A stretch of DNA of 64,000 nucleotides from Camelus dromedarius (GCF_036321535.1 NC_087436.1:37202001-37266000), one strand, 5' to 3'. Positions 1 to 11,988 are shown, counted from the stretch's first letter. Notes: generated by a model from the letters alone, not told the origin. Numbers and translations: made by a program.

Positions 1-139
1 CCTTATATATTTGGTAGATTTGCCAATGAAGCCTGTCATGAAACTTTTTTGGGGAAGGTATTAAACTGTAAATTCAAATGTCTGTCTGTCTGTCTATCTG
101 ATTTTTAATATACAGACATCAGTATATGTATTTATCAAA

Positions 140-610
140 CACTTAATGCCTTAAAATAACCTGAATTATTATCTTACAGTTCTAGAGGTCAGAAGTCTAA
201 AATCAGCCTCACTGGGCTGAAATAAAGGTGTCGGCAGGACTGGGTTCCCTTCAGGAAGCTCTATGGGAGATTCCATCTCCTTGTCTATCTCAGCGTCTAG
301 AGGAGACCTGCATTTCTTAGCTTTTGGGCCCTTCCTCTGTCTTTGAAGCCAATAATCAATGCACTCCAATTTCTTCTTTCTGACCTCACATCTCCTTCTC
401 TGACTCTAACTCTTTCCCTTTTTAAGGATCTGTGTTATATACACTGGGCCTACCTGGGTAATCCAGGTACTTTTCCCATCTCAAGATTACTTCTGCAAAT
501 ACCTTTGTGCCATATGACGTCACATACTCACAGATTCTAGAGATTGACATGGACATCTCTCTCTCTTTCTTTTTTTGGTGGGAGCAGGGGTATTTTTCTG
601 TCTCCCACAG
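140..610 (-). mobile_element. MaLR solo LTR, MLT1-type (MLT1D-like), decayed
   Basis: Contains ttattatcttacagttctagaggtcagaagtctaaaatcagcctcactgggct...aaggtgtcggcagg and ...ttcccatctcaagat...ctgcaaatacctttg, typical of an antisense MLT1 LTR. Confidence 0.8.
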
Positions 611-822
611 GTGGTCTCCAAAAAATGGTTTTGTAATATACACAGTATTTTCTCTTTGTTAGGGTAGGAGTGATGTTCTACATCCTAGGTTTAAGTGCAA
701 TTTCCAAATTATATACTCTTAGTTTAGCTGACATAAATGGGGAAAGACATTTTATTACTTGATTTGGTACTTATACTTAATGTTAGTGATCAGAACCCTC
801 TGGGGATGTTTTTCTCTCTTGA

Positions 823-856
823 ACGTGTGTGCGCGCGCGTGTGCACACGTGCACGC
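823..856. repeat. 34-nt perfectly alternating purine-pyrimidine tract (GT/GC/AC)
   Basis: acgtgtgtgcgcgcgcgtgtgcacacgtgcacgc. Confidence 0.9.
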
Positions 857-2020
857 TCACACATTCGCTTAAGACTCTCCTGCCAAGTCTGTGGCAGTCT
901 GCCTTGTGCCCAGGGGGTGGTGCTGTTGGCGTAAACTTACTTCCTTCACAGTTGAACTTCACTTCTGTTTTCTGTTTACGCTGCACTTTCTGATTTTTCA
1001 GCTTCAGAGAGTATTCCTCCGCAGTCTTCCTCACCCGAACACTCAGACAAAACTGAATCTAAACGTTAACCCTCTGCTTGGTTACTCAACTGTCAGTAGC
1101 TTAGAATCATCCTGTTTTGCCTGTTGTAGAACGTTCAAAGCTGTTTTCTAAAGCACTGGTTCCTCCTTTCCCCTGTGGTCTTTGGTAGTTAATGAATTCC
1201 CACCTTCCCGCCTGCTCCCCACCCTTCAGTGGAGCACTGAGCGTGTCTCCTTCCCCTGTAGAGTCTTTGGATATTTTCTATGGATGACGCACATTTGTCT
1301 CCATTTTTCAACCTGACAACAGTTAAAAGACACAGCCAGAGGTGCACATAGAGAAGAAGAAAAAGAATAACAAAAAACTCCAAAACCTGCAGAATGAATT
1401 TGTCCTCTGGGTTTTGATATTTGAAATAAAGGAATATTTTAAACAGTTAAATTCACTTTTAAAAACCGTTGTCCCTTATACACCAATGTCTAAAACGACA
1501 TTCATCACAGATTCCACAGATGAGTCTGCCCTCCCGAATTCCCTGTTTTTGATGGTGGCTCTAAAATTCTTCTAATTATTCAGTCCCCAAACTTTGGGAA
1601 TATTTTCGTATCCTCCCTTTCTTTGTCCTTCATGTTAAACAAATTATCACATCCAGACAGTTCTTCATTATGTCTATCACATCTACCCCTCCTTTCTGTT
1701 CCCGCTACTATGCTATTTCTGGAATTAATTACTTTATTTGGACTACACGAATGGCTTCTTTTTATTAAAGAAAAATTTCATTTTTATCAAAGGAATAAAC
1801 ACCCCAGTTTAAGAAGTTGAACAGCATGGAAATATAACATGCTGTTCCCCCTTGGGGTGGGTGTCAAAAGCCTTAAACATTTTCATCATTTTCCATTTAA
1901 CTTTTTTCCAGGAAGTTTCATCCGTATTTCTGAGATATGTGTGTGTGTATAAAATGTGCTACTATATATCCTACTATTTCCCTAGTTATTCACTTCGAGA
2001 TTTTCTGTTGGTTCCCTGCT

Positions 2021-2331
2021 ATGACAGATGGCAGTGAAGCTCCTTTATCCCACTTTCCTTTTATCCTCCCCCTCCTCTCAGCATCCTTACGGTGCTCTTC
2101 TGAGTTCCTCTCATGGTTACCCATGTAATTTTAAACAATATATTTACATTTTCATTTCTTCTTCCAACAACAACGGGAAGAATCTCTAGACCCCTCACTA
2201 AGGGAGATTAGGGTACCAGAGACTCTACCCTCATCTCTCCCCTTTTCATCTCCCAATTCTTGTCAACTGTAATTTTGCTTTTTAAATGGTCTGTGTTAAC
2301 CCTCTATACATTCTGCTCTATGATCCCTATG
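2021..2331 (+). repeat. Local duplication A, copy 1 (paralog at 11199-11707)
   Basis: Colinear similarity with long identical blocks, e.g. aatatatttacattttcatttctt, ttagggtaccagagactctaccct, caactgtaattttgctttttaaatg. Confidence 0.92.
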
Positions 2332-2719
2332 AAGTCTTTTGTCAGTATATTGAGTCTTCAATTTGAAATAGAAAAGTTAAGAATATTGACAAATAGCTAA
2401 CCTAACTCTGTTCTATGAGTTTATTTCTCTCCTTGTGTACTTATATCTCCTAGCCTCAAGATATCTGCCTTTATGGCTTCTTAGTGCCTGTAATATCCAA
2501 GTGTCGTGGGAAGTCTATGGAACTGTCCCCACATTTTTCCTCCTGGTATTTCTTTCCTGGAGCTGCCACCCTTTGGTTAGACTGATCTCTCTCTCTAGGC
2601 TGGCTACACACGGGACACCTCTGAATACCAGCATGGGGGTGGCTTAGCTCTGAGGGTGGCCGTACTCACCAACTGACCTGCTTCTCCTTATACGTGCCTC
2701 TCAATGTTTTAAAAAAGGA

Positions 2720-2821
2720 CTTTTCTCTTTTCGCCTTCCCTCCTTTTCCACTCTCCCTCGCTCCCTCCCTCCCTCGCTCCCTCTCTCCTTCCTTCTATTC
2801 CTTCTTTCCTTCCTTTTTTCT
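2720..2821. repeat. CT-rich low-complexity polypyrimidine tract
   Basis: Near-pure C/T run with CCCT and CCTT units. Confidence 0.85.
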
Positions 2822-3966
2822 GTGCCTGGAGGAAGGGATGGGGTATTGGTGAGTGAGGCTCTAAGCTCCAGGGTATTGTATGTGGATGTGCTTTGTTCCA
2901 CAGACAAATGTTAAGTTCTCCTGCTTTTAGGTCCTGCAGGCCGTTCTCCAGGCTTCTAGCTATCACTAGATATCCGTGAGTCACAAGCCTTCTGGGGGTG
3001 CTATGGGACAGATTGCTTTTCTCTTCATCTGCAGCCTCTTTTCTATATATTTTTGGTTAGGGCTTTATCAGACACCTCTTCTCCTTCCCTTCTATTTCCC
3101 AGACATTTGATGACATCTCTCTTGTGCTGATGGCTTCTCTCCCATTCTCTTTATTGTGAGATTTTTAATTCCTTGATGCTCCCTTTCAGAGTCTGGGGTT
3201 CATAACTGCTCAGACCGCCGCCACCTTGAACCCGATGTCCTGAGAGGACTTCTTAAGTGCCCTGCTGTTCAGAGCCCTTCTGCTGGTCCGGGTCCTGTCC
3301 ATCTCTGTGCCCTTGCTCTCCCTAGTTCCCTTTGTACCACCCCTGTGTCTCTTTTCCGGAAGCTTGACCCTGGCCAGTCAGGTTGACATAAAGAAGACAG
3401 CGTCTGCACTACCTCCATTCCTCCCTCATGGAGGATGGTCACCAGTTGCCCTGCTGGGCTGTGGACGGGAGTCCAACTGCTGCTCTCTGGGTCCCAGATT
3501 TGTCCTGAAGACAGGGCTTCTGCCTCTTAGGCCCCAGACTCCCAGATTTCACTTCTGCTTCCTTTCTAGCAGCTTTGTCTGGGTCAGCCTCTGCTCCTGC
3601 CTGCGGGCAGTCTTGTGAGTCAGACACTGGGTAGCGCAGCTCAGGGTGATCCCAGCTGGCGTGCCCGGGTTCCCTAGTCCCGTGTGCCATCTGCCTGATT
3701 GAGCCTCCCGCCTTCTCCTGAGAATCCAGTTGCAAACTGCTGCCACGTCTCCCCTGAGGCAGCCACCTCTTTGAGCACTTCCTTGTTCTCCTGGTTGCTG
3801 TTCCTTCAGTCTGCCTCCAAACTGCACTCTGACCTAGCACGTTTTCTGTCATCAGGCCCCAGCTTCTCCTCTCCTTGCCTGCTTGGATTGCTACAAGGAA
3901 AACAGAAATACTTCGTGTGTCCATCTGTTGATATACCACCCTCCAGTTCTACACATCCTATAACCT

Positions 3967-4200
3967 AATATTCTCAATAAGGGTAATATCACCCCTAAGA
4001 GGGTAAATGTTGATTTCTTGGGGGCTGAAAAGAATTCACTCTTTTAATGTATAAAACATAGATACATACATACAATGCATAATCAGATAAACAGTATATC
4101 TGTAGTATTAAAAATTCATGGGGGTGGTGCTTAGGGAAGAATGTCTTTGAAAGCCCGTGTGTTGTGTGGGCAACAATGAAAGAGCTAGGAAACGCTACTG
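3967..4200. mobile_element. hAT-Charlie MITE, MER5C1-like
   Basis: gggtaatatcacccctaagagggt...ttcttgggggctgaaaa...cagtatatctgtagtattaaaaattcatggggg resembles the recalled MER5C1 consensus. Confidence 0.7.
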
Positions 4201-4442
4201 TAACCTTTGCCGCTGTACTCTTCAGGTACCATTTTCATCATCTCTCCACTGGCCCAGAAGCCATCAATAGCTCCCCATGATCAACTTGATAGAGCCTGAA
4301 TCTTGTTCTGTAGTTTAAAGCTCTTCCTAATTTGTCCCCAGCCATCTTTCCAGTCCTGGCCCTCACTCTTTGCCTACATAGATCATCCCCTGTTCACAGC
4401 CTCCTAACCAATAGCCTCTGCCTTCTGACTTGGCTCATACCA

Positions 4443-5067
4443 GATTGCGTGGGTGGCCTCTGGCTGGCAGCTGGGGACTTGGGTTTTGAGAAGGTTCCCA
4501 TCGTAGATGCAACTGACAAAAGCAGCTCACTGGGCCTAAACTCCACAAACAGTATGGTTTATGGTGCACCTCTGCTTCCCTGCTGGGAGTCTGGAATCTG
4601 AGTACATGCTAGGCAGAAGTGCCTATGTGACCAGCCCTCCAAGAAAAACTTTGGGCAATGAGTCTCCATTTCAAGTTTAAAAAAATTTTTTTTTTAAATG
4701 GAGGCACTGGGGATTGAACCCAGGACCTCATGCACGCTAAGCATGCGCTCTACCACTGAGCTATACCCACCCTCTTGGGCAGTGAGTCTTTAAAGAGCTT
4801 TCTTGGCCCACGACTTTACACATGTTATTACAACCTACTGCTGCGAAAATTAAGCATGTTCTGGGAGACTCCCCTGGACAAGGACTCTTGGAAACTTGTG
4901 TCTGGTTTCTTCCACGCTTCTCTGCATGAAGCTTTTCCTTCGCTGATTTTACTTTGTGTCTTTTCACTGTAATAAATTTTATCTGTGAGTATGACTATGT
5001 GCTGAGACCTGTGAGTCCTCCTGGAGAATCACTGAAGCTGGGGGTGGGCTTGGGGATCCCCGACATA
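4443..5067 (+). mobile_element. ERV LTR, MER21-like, interrupted by a SINE
   Basis: ccctgctgggagtctggaat...gcctatgtgaccagccc, AATAAA near 4971, and 3' end ctgggggtgggcttggggatccccgacata. Confidence 0.75.
4666..4774 (-). mobile_element. tRNA-Ala(AGC)-derived camelid SINE (Vic-1 type)
   Basis: Minus strand gggtatagctcagtggtagagcgcatgcttagcgtgcatgaggtcctgggttcaatccccagtgcctcca plus A tail; TSD ttgggca(a/g)tgagtct at 4651-4665 and 4775-4789. Confidence 0.93.
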
Positions 5068-5213
5068 ACGTGACTAGTGGTTTCTATTGTCCCTGTGGTT
5101 CTCAGCCATTCCTTCATGAAATGAGAGTGATAGGAGTCTTGTTGCCCAAAGGTGGACAGTGAGGCTTAGCAGCTTTGGAAGGAAGGTAACACGAAGGCCA
5201 TATGTCCATAGCC

Positions 5214-6250
5214 TGTGGTGGATTGTATCGGTTAAGTTAGCTGAGCTGGAATTGTGTTTTCTAGAATTCCCTTTCCTGGATGATTTGGGGTTAGCATAGG
5301 TCATGAGAGATATTTTGCACAAGGTTTGGAAGGCAGAAGTGGAACAGCAGTCATTTTGCTTTTTATGCTCTAAAATTTAGTGAGGTGTCATTTATCCACG
5401 GGCTCGTCTGGTCGGCACGGGACAGCAGCTGGGCTTGCATCGAGTCAGCTCCTGCCTCATCCTCCTCTAGCCCTCCCAACTCCTGGACTTGGTGTGTGTT
5501 TAGCTTTATGATGGAGGGCACCTGTGTCTCCTGTAGGACACACCCATCATCAAAGTTGGAGACCTGGGGGTAGTAAGAGACTTGGGCAGGTTCCAGTTCA
5601 CCCATATGGGTCCAAGCTCAGCCTCCCAAGTGTTGGGAGAGGCGGTCCACCACGGGCGCTCATGTCCATGGATGTTCTTGCTGCGTGTGCCAAGAATACA
5701 AGTCTCTCCTTACCCGGACAGTTGTCAGGGTTGTGTTTACAATGAGCCACCTTGAGGATGAAATAATATCTCCAACTAGGACAGAGAACAGGTTTGCTTA
5801 CTGCTTACTACACTTACTTACTTTGGTGAATTTTCCAGACTCAGTATTCCTCTGCTATGACATATATGTGGCATCCATCTGGGACCCTCTGCATTGCCCC
5901 CATGGGACCTGGGGGACTGGGGAACCCAGACAAACATCGTGCTCATGCTGCTTGCTATCCTGTAACAGAGTCCTTTATCTCGTGTCTTCTGCCAGAATTC
6001 TTAAACTGTAAAAGGCCAGTGGAGGAGCTTGTAAGTAGGTTAAATTCCTAGACTCTTCTGGTTTGTCCTTGCTTCTTCCACTTTGCATTCATCTTCCCTT
6101 CTTGACTATTTGCTTTGTGGACTTCAGGCACCAGACATAGAAACACAGACTCAGATCCTACAATTGTGTAGGGATAAATCCCCCAAATAAATGCTTATTA
6201 CATCTATTCCCTGGTGGATCTGCTTCTCTGATCAAAGCCTGGTTAATCCA
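5214..6250 (+). mobile_element. ERVL LTR, MLT2E/F-like, split by an LTR40-like insertion
   Basis: 5' tgtggtggattgt...agctggaattgtgttttctagaattcccttt...tttggaaggcagaagtg; 3' caattgtgtaggg...aataaatgctt...ctgcttctctgatcaaagcctggttaatcca. Confidence 0.7.
5631..6065 (+). mobile_element. ERVL solo LTR, LTR40-like, nested in MLT2
   Basis: Starts tgttgggaga; contains caggtttgcttactg and tctcgtgtcttctgccag...agcttgtaagtaggttaaatt. Confidence 0.7.
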
Positions 6251-6588
6251 GTTTCCCTCACAACCAGGCTGATCAGTCTCCTGAAGTTCCATATGGTTGT
6301 AAGTTCTGTATCAATATAATATTTAACATAAATATCAATGTTTAATTAAGTATCACTTAATGGCAGCAGAATATTTCACCCTGGGTAGGCTAGACATAAT
6401 TTATAGACCCAAATTTTTGGCATGAATAATACTCGGCCAAGTCAGTCTAATTATTCTAAAAAGAAAAGGGATTTGTGAAATTGAATTAGATTTTGAAAAT
6501 ACCTTTACCTTTCTGTGTTATTAATTTTGTGTAAATATTGGAACACTCTGCTATGTATTATTCTAGTATTTCTATTTCATTTGTTTAG

Positions 6589-6664
6589 ATCTGTACTACC
6601 TAAGATGCAGGTTTGGGAGAGAAAGAAAGGATACTAAAAGAGAAGGCAGTGAAGCCAAGTTCAG
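6589..6664 (+). other. Candidate 76-nt cassette exon
   Basis: Acceptor tttctatttcatttgtttag|AT, purine-rich body, donor CAG|gtaagg; one open frame (LYYLRCRFGRERKDTKREGSEAKF). Confidence 0.25.
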
Positions 6665-7204
6665 GTAAGGCCCTCTATAAACTCTGTGAACATTTTCACA
6701 TGCTTACTTGCTATAAGAGTTCGTTTTAAGGTACAGCCAACAGAGAAACAGCCCTGAGTTTTGGATGGAAGGCAACAGGAAAATGTGCTTGGGGACAAAT
6801 AATATCTGCATTTTTTCCAGTTGAAGAGTTCAAATGACTCTGTTCACTAAATATGATCTTTAAAGAGGGAGAAAATCATGATTTAGGTTTCTTAGCAATG
6901 AAAATGACTATTATTTTGCTCTGTGCAATTCTGCTTTTGTGGTGGGGAAACAAAACCTCTTTTGTAGAATAATTCTTCTGGCACAGTGTCCAAACTGTAA
7001 AATAGTTTAACTATCCTAAAATTGCTGGAATGTAATCACACCTATCATTATTTTAAGTAGCCAGCATATATGAGAAGAGGTTCTTGCTTAATGTAGGGTA
7101 AAGGATATGACCTAAGAATGATCTTTTCTACTGAGAAAGAAAGAGAAGTGAAACACTCAACTGCAGGGTTTTTTAGGGAACTGATTACCACTATCTGATT
7201 TAAC

Positions 7205-7283
7205 GCTATATCCTTAGGGTCCAACACAGTGCTTGGCACAAAAGAGGCGTTTATAAATTATTTGTTTAATAAATGAATGATGA
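7205..7283 (+). mobile_element. LINE-2 3' end fragment
   Basis: caacacagtgcttggcacaaaagaggcgtttataaattatttgtttaataaatgaatga is a typical L2 tail. Confidence 0.75.
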
Positions 7284-7399
7284 GGAATTCAGAGAGAGAA
7301 GCATCAAGATTTACTCCAGAGGGAAGAATCCTCTGGGGCACAGATAATCCAACTAAATTTCTCAATTTGGAATTAAATTTCAGCAAGGACTTACCAATC

Positions 7400-8300
7400 A
7401 TATTATATATGATTTCCTGATATGAGTGTTTATTATTTTGATTTATCTTGTTCTATTTATATATTCAATGAGTTTTTGGAGCAAGGATATTTGTGAAATA
7501 TTTTTCAAGTCTATGTATATCTGTGAATGTCATTTTGTTATCTTCCCATGAAAAATAACATGGTTATAAAATATGGTTTTTTTTTTTTTTTTTTGAAAGC
7601 TGTAGATGTTTCTTTTTTCATTTAGCACTGTGGAAGAAATTAAAAAAAAAAAATGAGACCAATCTGTATTACTTTACCTTTTCCTTTCACCTCTACCCGC
7701 CTGGAAGTTTAGAAGTTTTTTTTTTCTTTATTGTTTTAATTTAAAAAACTTTACCAGGCTGTGTCTGAGATGAATTTCTTTTGGTTGGCTTTCCCTGGAA
7801 TGAGGCTGTTTGAATCTGAGACCCCAAGATTCTTTTTAAAATTTAGATGATTATTTAATTATAGGTTTGATTTTTCTAATTTTTTTGGTCTCTCCCTGAG
7901 GAAAAAATAGAAGCCTTAGGTCAGATCTCTCTTCTCTATTCTCCTTGGTTTTCATTTCTTTATCATTTTTCTCTGTGCTTTGAGACCATGTGTGATATTT
8001 GTCCTTTCCCTTACATTCTCAAGTTTTTGTAATGTTAATTCTGATCTTTTCTTCTTTCCACATGAATTATGAGTGTTTTTGAATATTTACTTTCTCTGCA
8101 GTTTTCTTATCAGGCACCCTTCCTGTCTTGCCATTTTATTTCAGGATGTTTCTTCTTCATGCCAACTACATCTTTTACATGGAGGTCATGTGGTCTGACC
8201 TGTTGTAGAGGATGCCAAAAAGTCATCGGTTTATTTAAAAAAATGGCTATTATTTGCAAAAGACTGCTAAATCTTATTTCTGTTAACACAGGCAGTTCCC
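7400..8300 (-). mobile_element. Very old L1/HAL1-like ORF1-region remnant
   Basis: T-rich decayed sequence resembling antisense ancient L1 ORF1 (aactttaccaggctgtgtctg...; tctctcttctctattctcc); approximate limits. Confidence 0.4.
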
Positions 8301-10707
8301 TCAGGAAGAAATTAAGAAAATAAGTGACAGCTTCATAAAAATTATTCCTTGCTGGCACTAATCCCGCTGCCACTAAAACATGTTGAATAAATATTTGTGA
8401 AATATAGTTCTGTAAGGGAGGCATATTGTTAGCCTGTCTAGAAGATGCATATGTCTCACAATAGCACAATCCTAAAAATATTTCTGGTAGGAGGAAAAAC
8501 AGGACGTCATGGTACTTACAAAGTTATTTATATCCACAGGTTGTTGAAGTCATGCCTGGAACTTGAGAAGAGGTTTATCCTTTGGAAAAGCTTAAAGCTT
8601 TAAGCTTAAAGCTTAAAGAGGGCTGAGCCCTCTCTGATAGAGTCTTGGGGGGAACAGAGAAACTCTGGGTTTACAGGAGATGCTGGCAGAATGGAGGTAG
8701 GGGTAGGGATGGGGCATCTTACGGGGGCTGGATGCTGGCTCTAGTTAACTGAGATGTGTGAGACTGGGGGGAAAGAGTGAATACATATGTGATTTCTGCT
8801 AAGGGTGGACGTAAGTAACTGTCAATGTCCTGAAACTTCTGAGTAAGGGTCTTGAGATCTTTCTTATTTCTTTCAGGACAAATACTGTACCCCTACTCTA
8901 TGCAAAACACGCAGCGGGCACACGTTGTCTAAGACACGGTCCCTGCAGTCAGGTGGTTTACAGCTGAGCTGCACTGACTGTCAGGTCTTTCACACTGTGC
9001 CGGTTAACCGTGTGTGGCTGAGAGCCCTGCGGGGCCGGGGCCGGGGCCGGATGCCCAGCCCCTTGTTCTGGGCTGCTCTATTTATTCTAGCATTTCCAGA
9101 ATTCCATGGAGTAATGGCACATTATAGTATGAATAACTTTTCATTGTCTTCTGCTTTTAAAAACATTTTAAGGGTAGCATATTTTGAAAAATAAGATAAA
9201 AAAGGGAAACCAAAAGAAGTTACTCAAAACAATGACAGAGCTAACCACTGTTAACATTTTAGTGCATAACACTCTCCTTTTGAAATAGCCATTTACTGTA
9301 TTTTCCAATGAGAAGTTTTACAAGATGTTATATATTTAACCTGACTCTTGTTTTCCTGAATATGTGAGTCCTTAATTTTGAAGTGAATGCAACTAAATTA
9401 TAACTAAGGATGGGACTAGAATTAAAAATACAAACTATTATAGTCCACAGATGACAAGAAAACACTATCATTTGATGTGTAAAATTCAGAGAATAGTTGA
9501 AAGTATCATTATATAATTAGTACATGTTCACAGAAAAATTAGAAAATATGGATATGACAGAAGAGACACAAGTCATTAGTAATCCCAGTGATAACCGCGG
9601 TTAATATTTTGTATTATGTTCAAAGACTATGCCTTTCTTGAATTTTTTATAAGAGTGCACATATATTTTTTACCAAAATGGGAATCACAGTTTACAAAAT
9701 GTTTCATAACTTTATTTTTTTTCACTTTTCCACTTCCTTCCAGTCAGTAAATATATTTTGACTGTATGTTTTTCAACATCTGCATGGTATTCCATCATAT
9801 GACTATATCATAATTTATACAGGATGATTAAATTGTTTCCAATTTTTCATTAAAATGCTGAAAAATATATTCTCTACATACATTTACCTCTCATTTTTAT
9901 TTCATTGATAATATAATAGACTTTTAAAGTGGTAAAATATATTAGCCAGAACACAGAAAGAATCTTGACTGTCTGATGGTTTTATGTCAAGGTGTTATCA
10001 CTCACTATGTACTGAAGATCTAAAGCTATTTTTATCAATTGGTGTAAGAAAAAGAAAAAGTGGTGGCAGAATAATCATTTATGCACAAGGCCAAGATACA
10101 TCACTTGGGAAGTGAGAGAGTGTGGAAGGACTTCTCCCAGACAATTATTTAACCAGGTCTTATATGACCTCAGTCAACTGAGTCTCTGACCTTGGTTTTG
10201 AGCCTGATCACGCTTTAGTTATTACAGGTTGGTTGGTCAAAGATTATATAGGGTTTACAATGTTTAGACCAGATACTAGATTTTAGAACATGAGTCATAT
10301 AAGAAAGACAAAAGGAAGCACGGAAATTGAATAGAACACTGTACTGACTGAACTAAGTGTATGACACATATCTTGTTTGAGATGAGAAGAAATAGCTAGA
10401 GTTGGGGATAAATCTCTGATGAACATAATAGAACATTATATTTTGGAGGCAGTAAGTTAAGACTTTAAAAACAATAATGAACACTATCAGATCTTAGAAT
10501 TTTACCAGACAAGATCCAGTAAATCATGCAGAAGTGAGCAGACTCAAGGACCTAGAACCTGAATCCAGATGCAGGAGGTGGGCTGCAATGAGCAGCTGTG
10601 CAGGACATGGACGCCAACACAGGGGCTGGGACTCAGTTGACCCCACGAAGATGAGCAGGTGATCTGCTAAGAGACAAAGAGGTAGTACAGTAAAGAGATT
10701 GTATCCT

Positions 10708-11190
10708 TTTCCCCCCAAGTTTTATTGAGATAGAACTGACATACAGCACTGAGAAGTTTAAGGTATACAGCATAGTGGTTTGACTTATACATATTGTGAA
10801 ATGACTACCACAGTCAGTTTGTTAACATCCACTGTCACATATAGACACAGAAAAAGAGAAAAATGTTTTTTTCCTTGTGATGAGAACTCTTAGAATTTTC
10901 TCTTAACAGTTTTCATATATACCATTTATCAGTGTTGTATAGTTATCATGTTGTACATTACATCCCTAGTAGTTATTATCCTTTAACTGGAAGTTTGGAC
11001 CTTTTGACAACCATCCAATTCTCCCTCCCCACCTTTTTTTTTTTTTTTTAATTCTACATGTAAGTGAGATCATGCAGTATTTATCTTTCTCTGTCTGACT
11101 TATTTCACTTAGCATAATGCCCTTGAGGTCCATCCATGTTGATACCAATGGCAGGATTGCCTTCTTTTTTGTGGGTGAATAATATTTCAT
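10708..11190 (-). mobile_element. 5'-truncated L1 3' UTR (L1MA9-derived, laurasiatherian type)
   Basis: ttttattgagatagaactgacatacagcac...ttccttgtgatgagaactcttag...gtctgacttatttcacttagcataatgccc; ORF track 10966-11190 gives the L1 3'-end-type peptide KYYSPTKKKAILPLVSTWMDLKGIMLSEISQ. Confidence 0.88.
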
Positions 11191-11198
11191 ATTATTTC

Positions 11199-11707
11199 AT
11201 AGTAAATGGTGGCGAAGCTCATTTATTCTACTTTCCTTTCATCTTCTCTTCCCTCTTCTCTCGGCACCCTTTTTTTTTCTCTCTTTTTTTTTTTTTCTGG
11301 TTGGTTGGTTGTTTGTTTTAGGGGGAGGTAATTAGGTTTACTTATTTTTTAATTTAGTTTTTTCTTAATGGAGGTAGTGGGGACTGAACCTAGGACATCA
11401 TGCATGCTACGCACATATGGTACCTCTGAGCTATACCATCCCCCTGCCCCAGCATCCTTACAGTGCTCTTCTGAGTTCCTTTCATTGTTACCTATGTAAC
11501 TTAAATAATATATTTACATTTTCATTTCTTGTTCTAACAACAATGGGAAGACTCTCTAGACCCCTTACAGGGAGAGGTTAGGGTACCAGAGACTCTACCC
11601 TTCATTTCTCCTACCCCCTTTTCATCTCCCAACTCTTGCCAACTGTAATTTTGCTTTTTAAATGTTCAGTGTTAATCCTCTATGCATTCTGCTGTCTGAT
11701 CCCAATG
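11199..11707 (+). repeat. Local duplication A, copy 2, containing a SINE
   Basis: Colinear with 2021-2331 once the SINE at ~11270-11449 is removed. Confidence 0.92.
11270..11449 (-). mobile_element. Vic-1-type tRNA-Ala SINE
   Basis: ggaggtaattaggttt...aatggaggtagtggggactgaacctaggac...ctgagctatac; TSD approximately c(g/a)gca(c/t)cctt; the empty site is visible in copy 1 (ctcagcatcctt). Confidence 0.9.
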
Positions 11708-11938
11708 GTTCCAGCTGTGGGGAAAGGAAGTCTGCAGATCAGATGCAGGGAACCTGTCTGAAAATGTAATGCATTTGCCATTAGTGATGCTGACATTAGT
11801 GATGTAACAGTCTAAGGGGGCTTGTCTTGTCCCTGGGCATTAAATACCTTCTTCCAGAGCAACATGCAGCTGCCTTTTTCCAACCAGTGCTCTTTTTAAC
11901 TGCCTGAGTCTCAGAGAAAGATGTAATTTTACCCCTTT

Positions 11939-11988
11939 CTAGGGTGAAAATACTAATTTCTAACTAGGGTAAAAATACCAAATTCTAA
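11939..11988. repeat. 25-bp tandem duplication
   Basis: ctagggtgaaaatactaatttctaa / ctagggtaaaaataccaaattctaa. Confidence 0.85.

Noticed and set aside
3307..3968. Overlapping 89-166 aa ORFs in a GC-richer patch
   Set aside because: No recognisable domain, non-ATG starts in several, and no convincing splice sites; consistent with chance ORFs.
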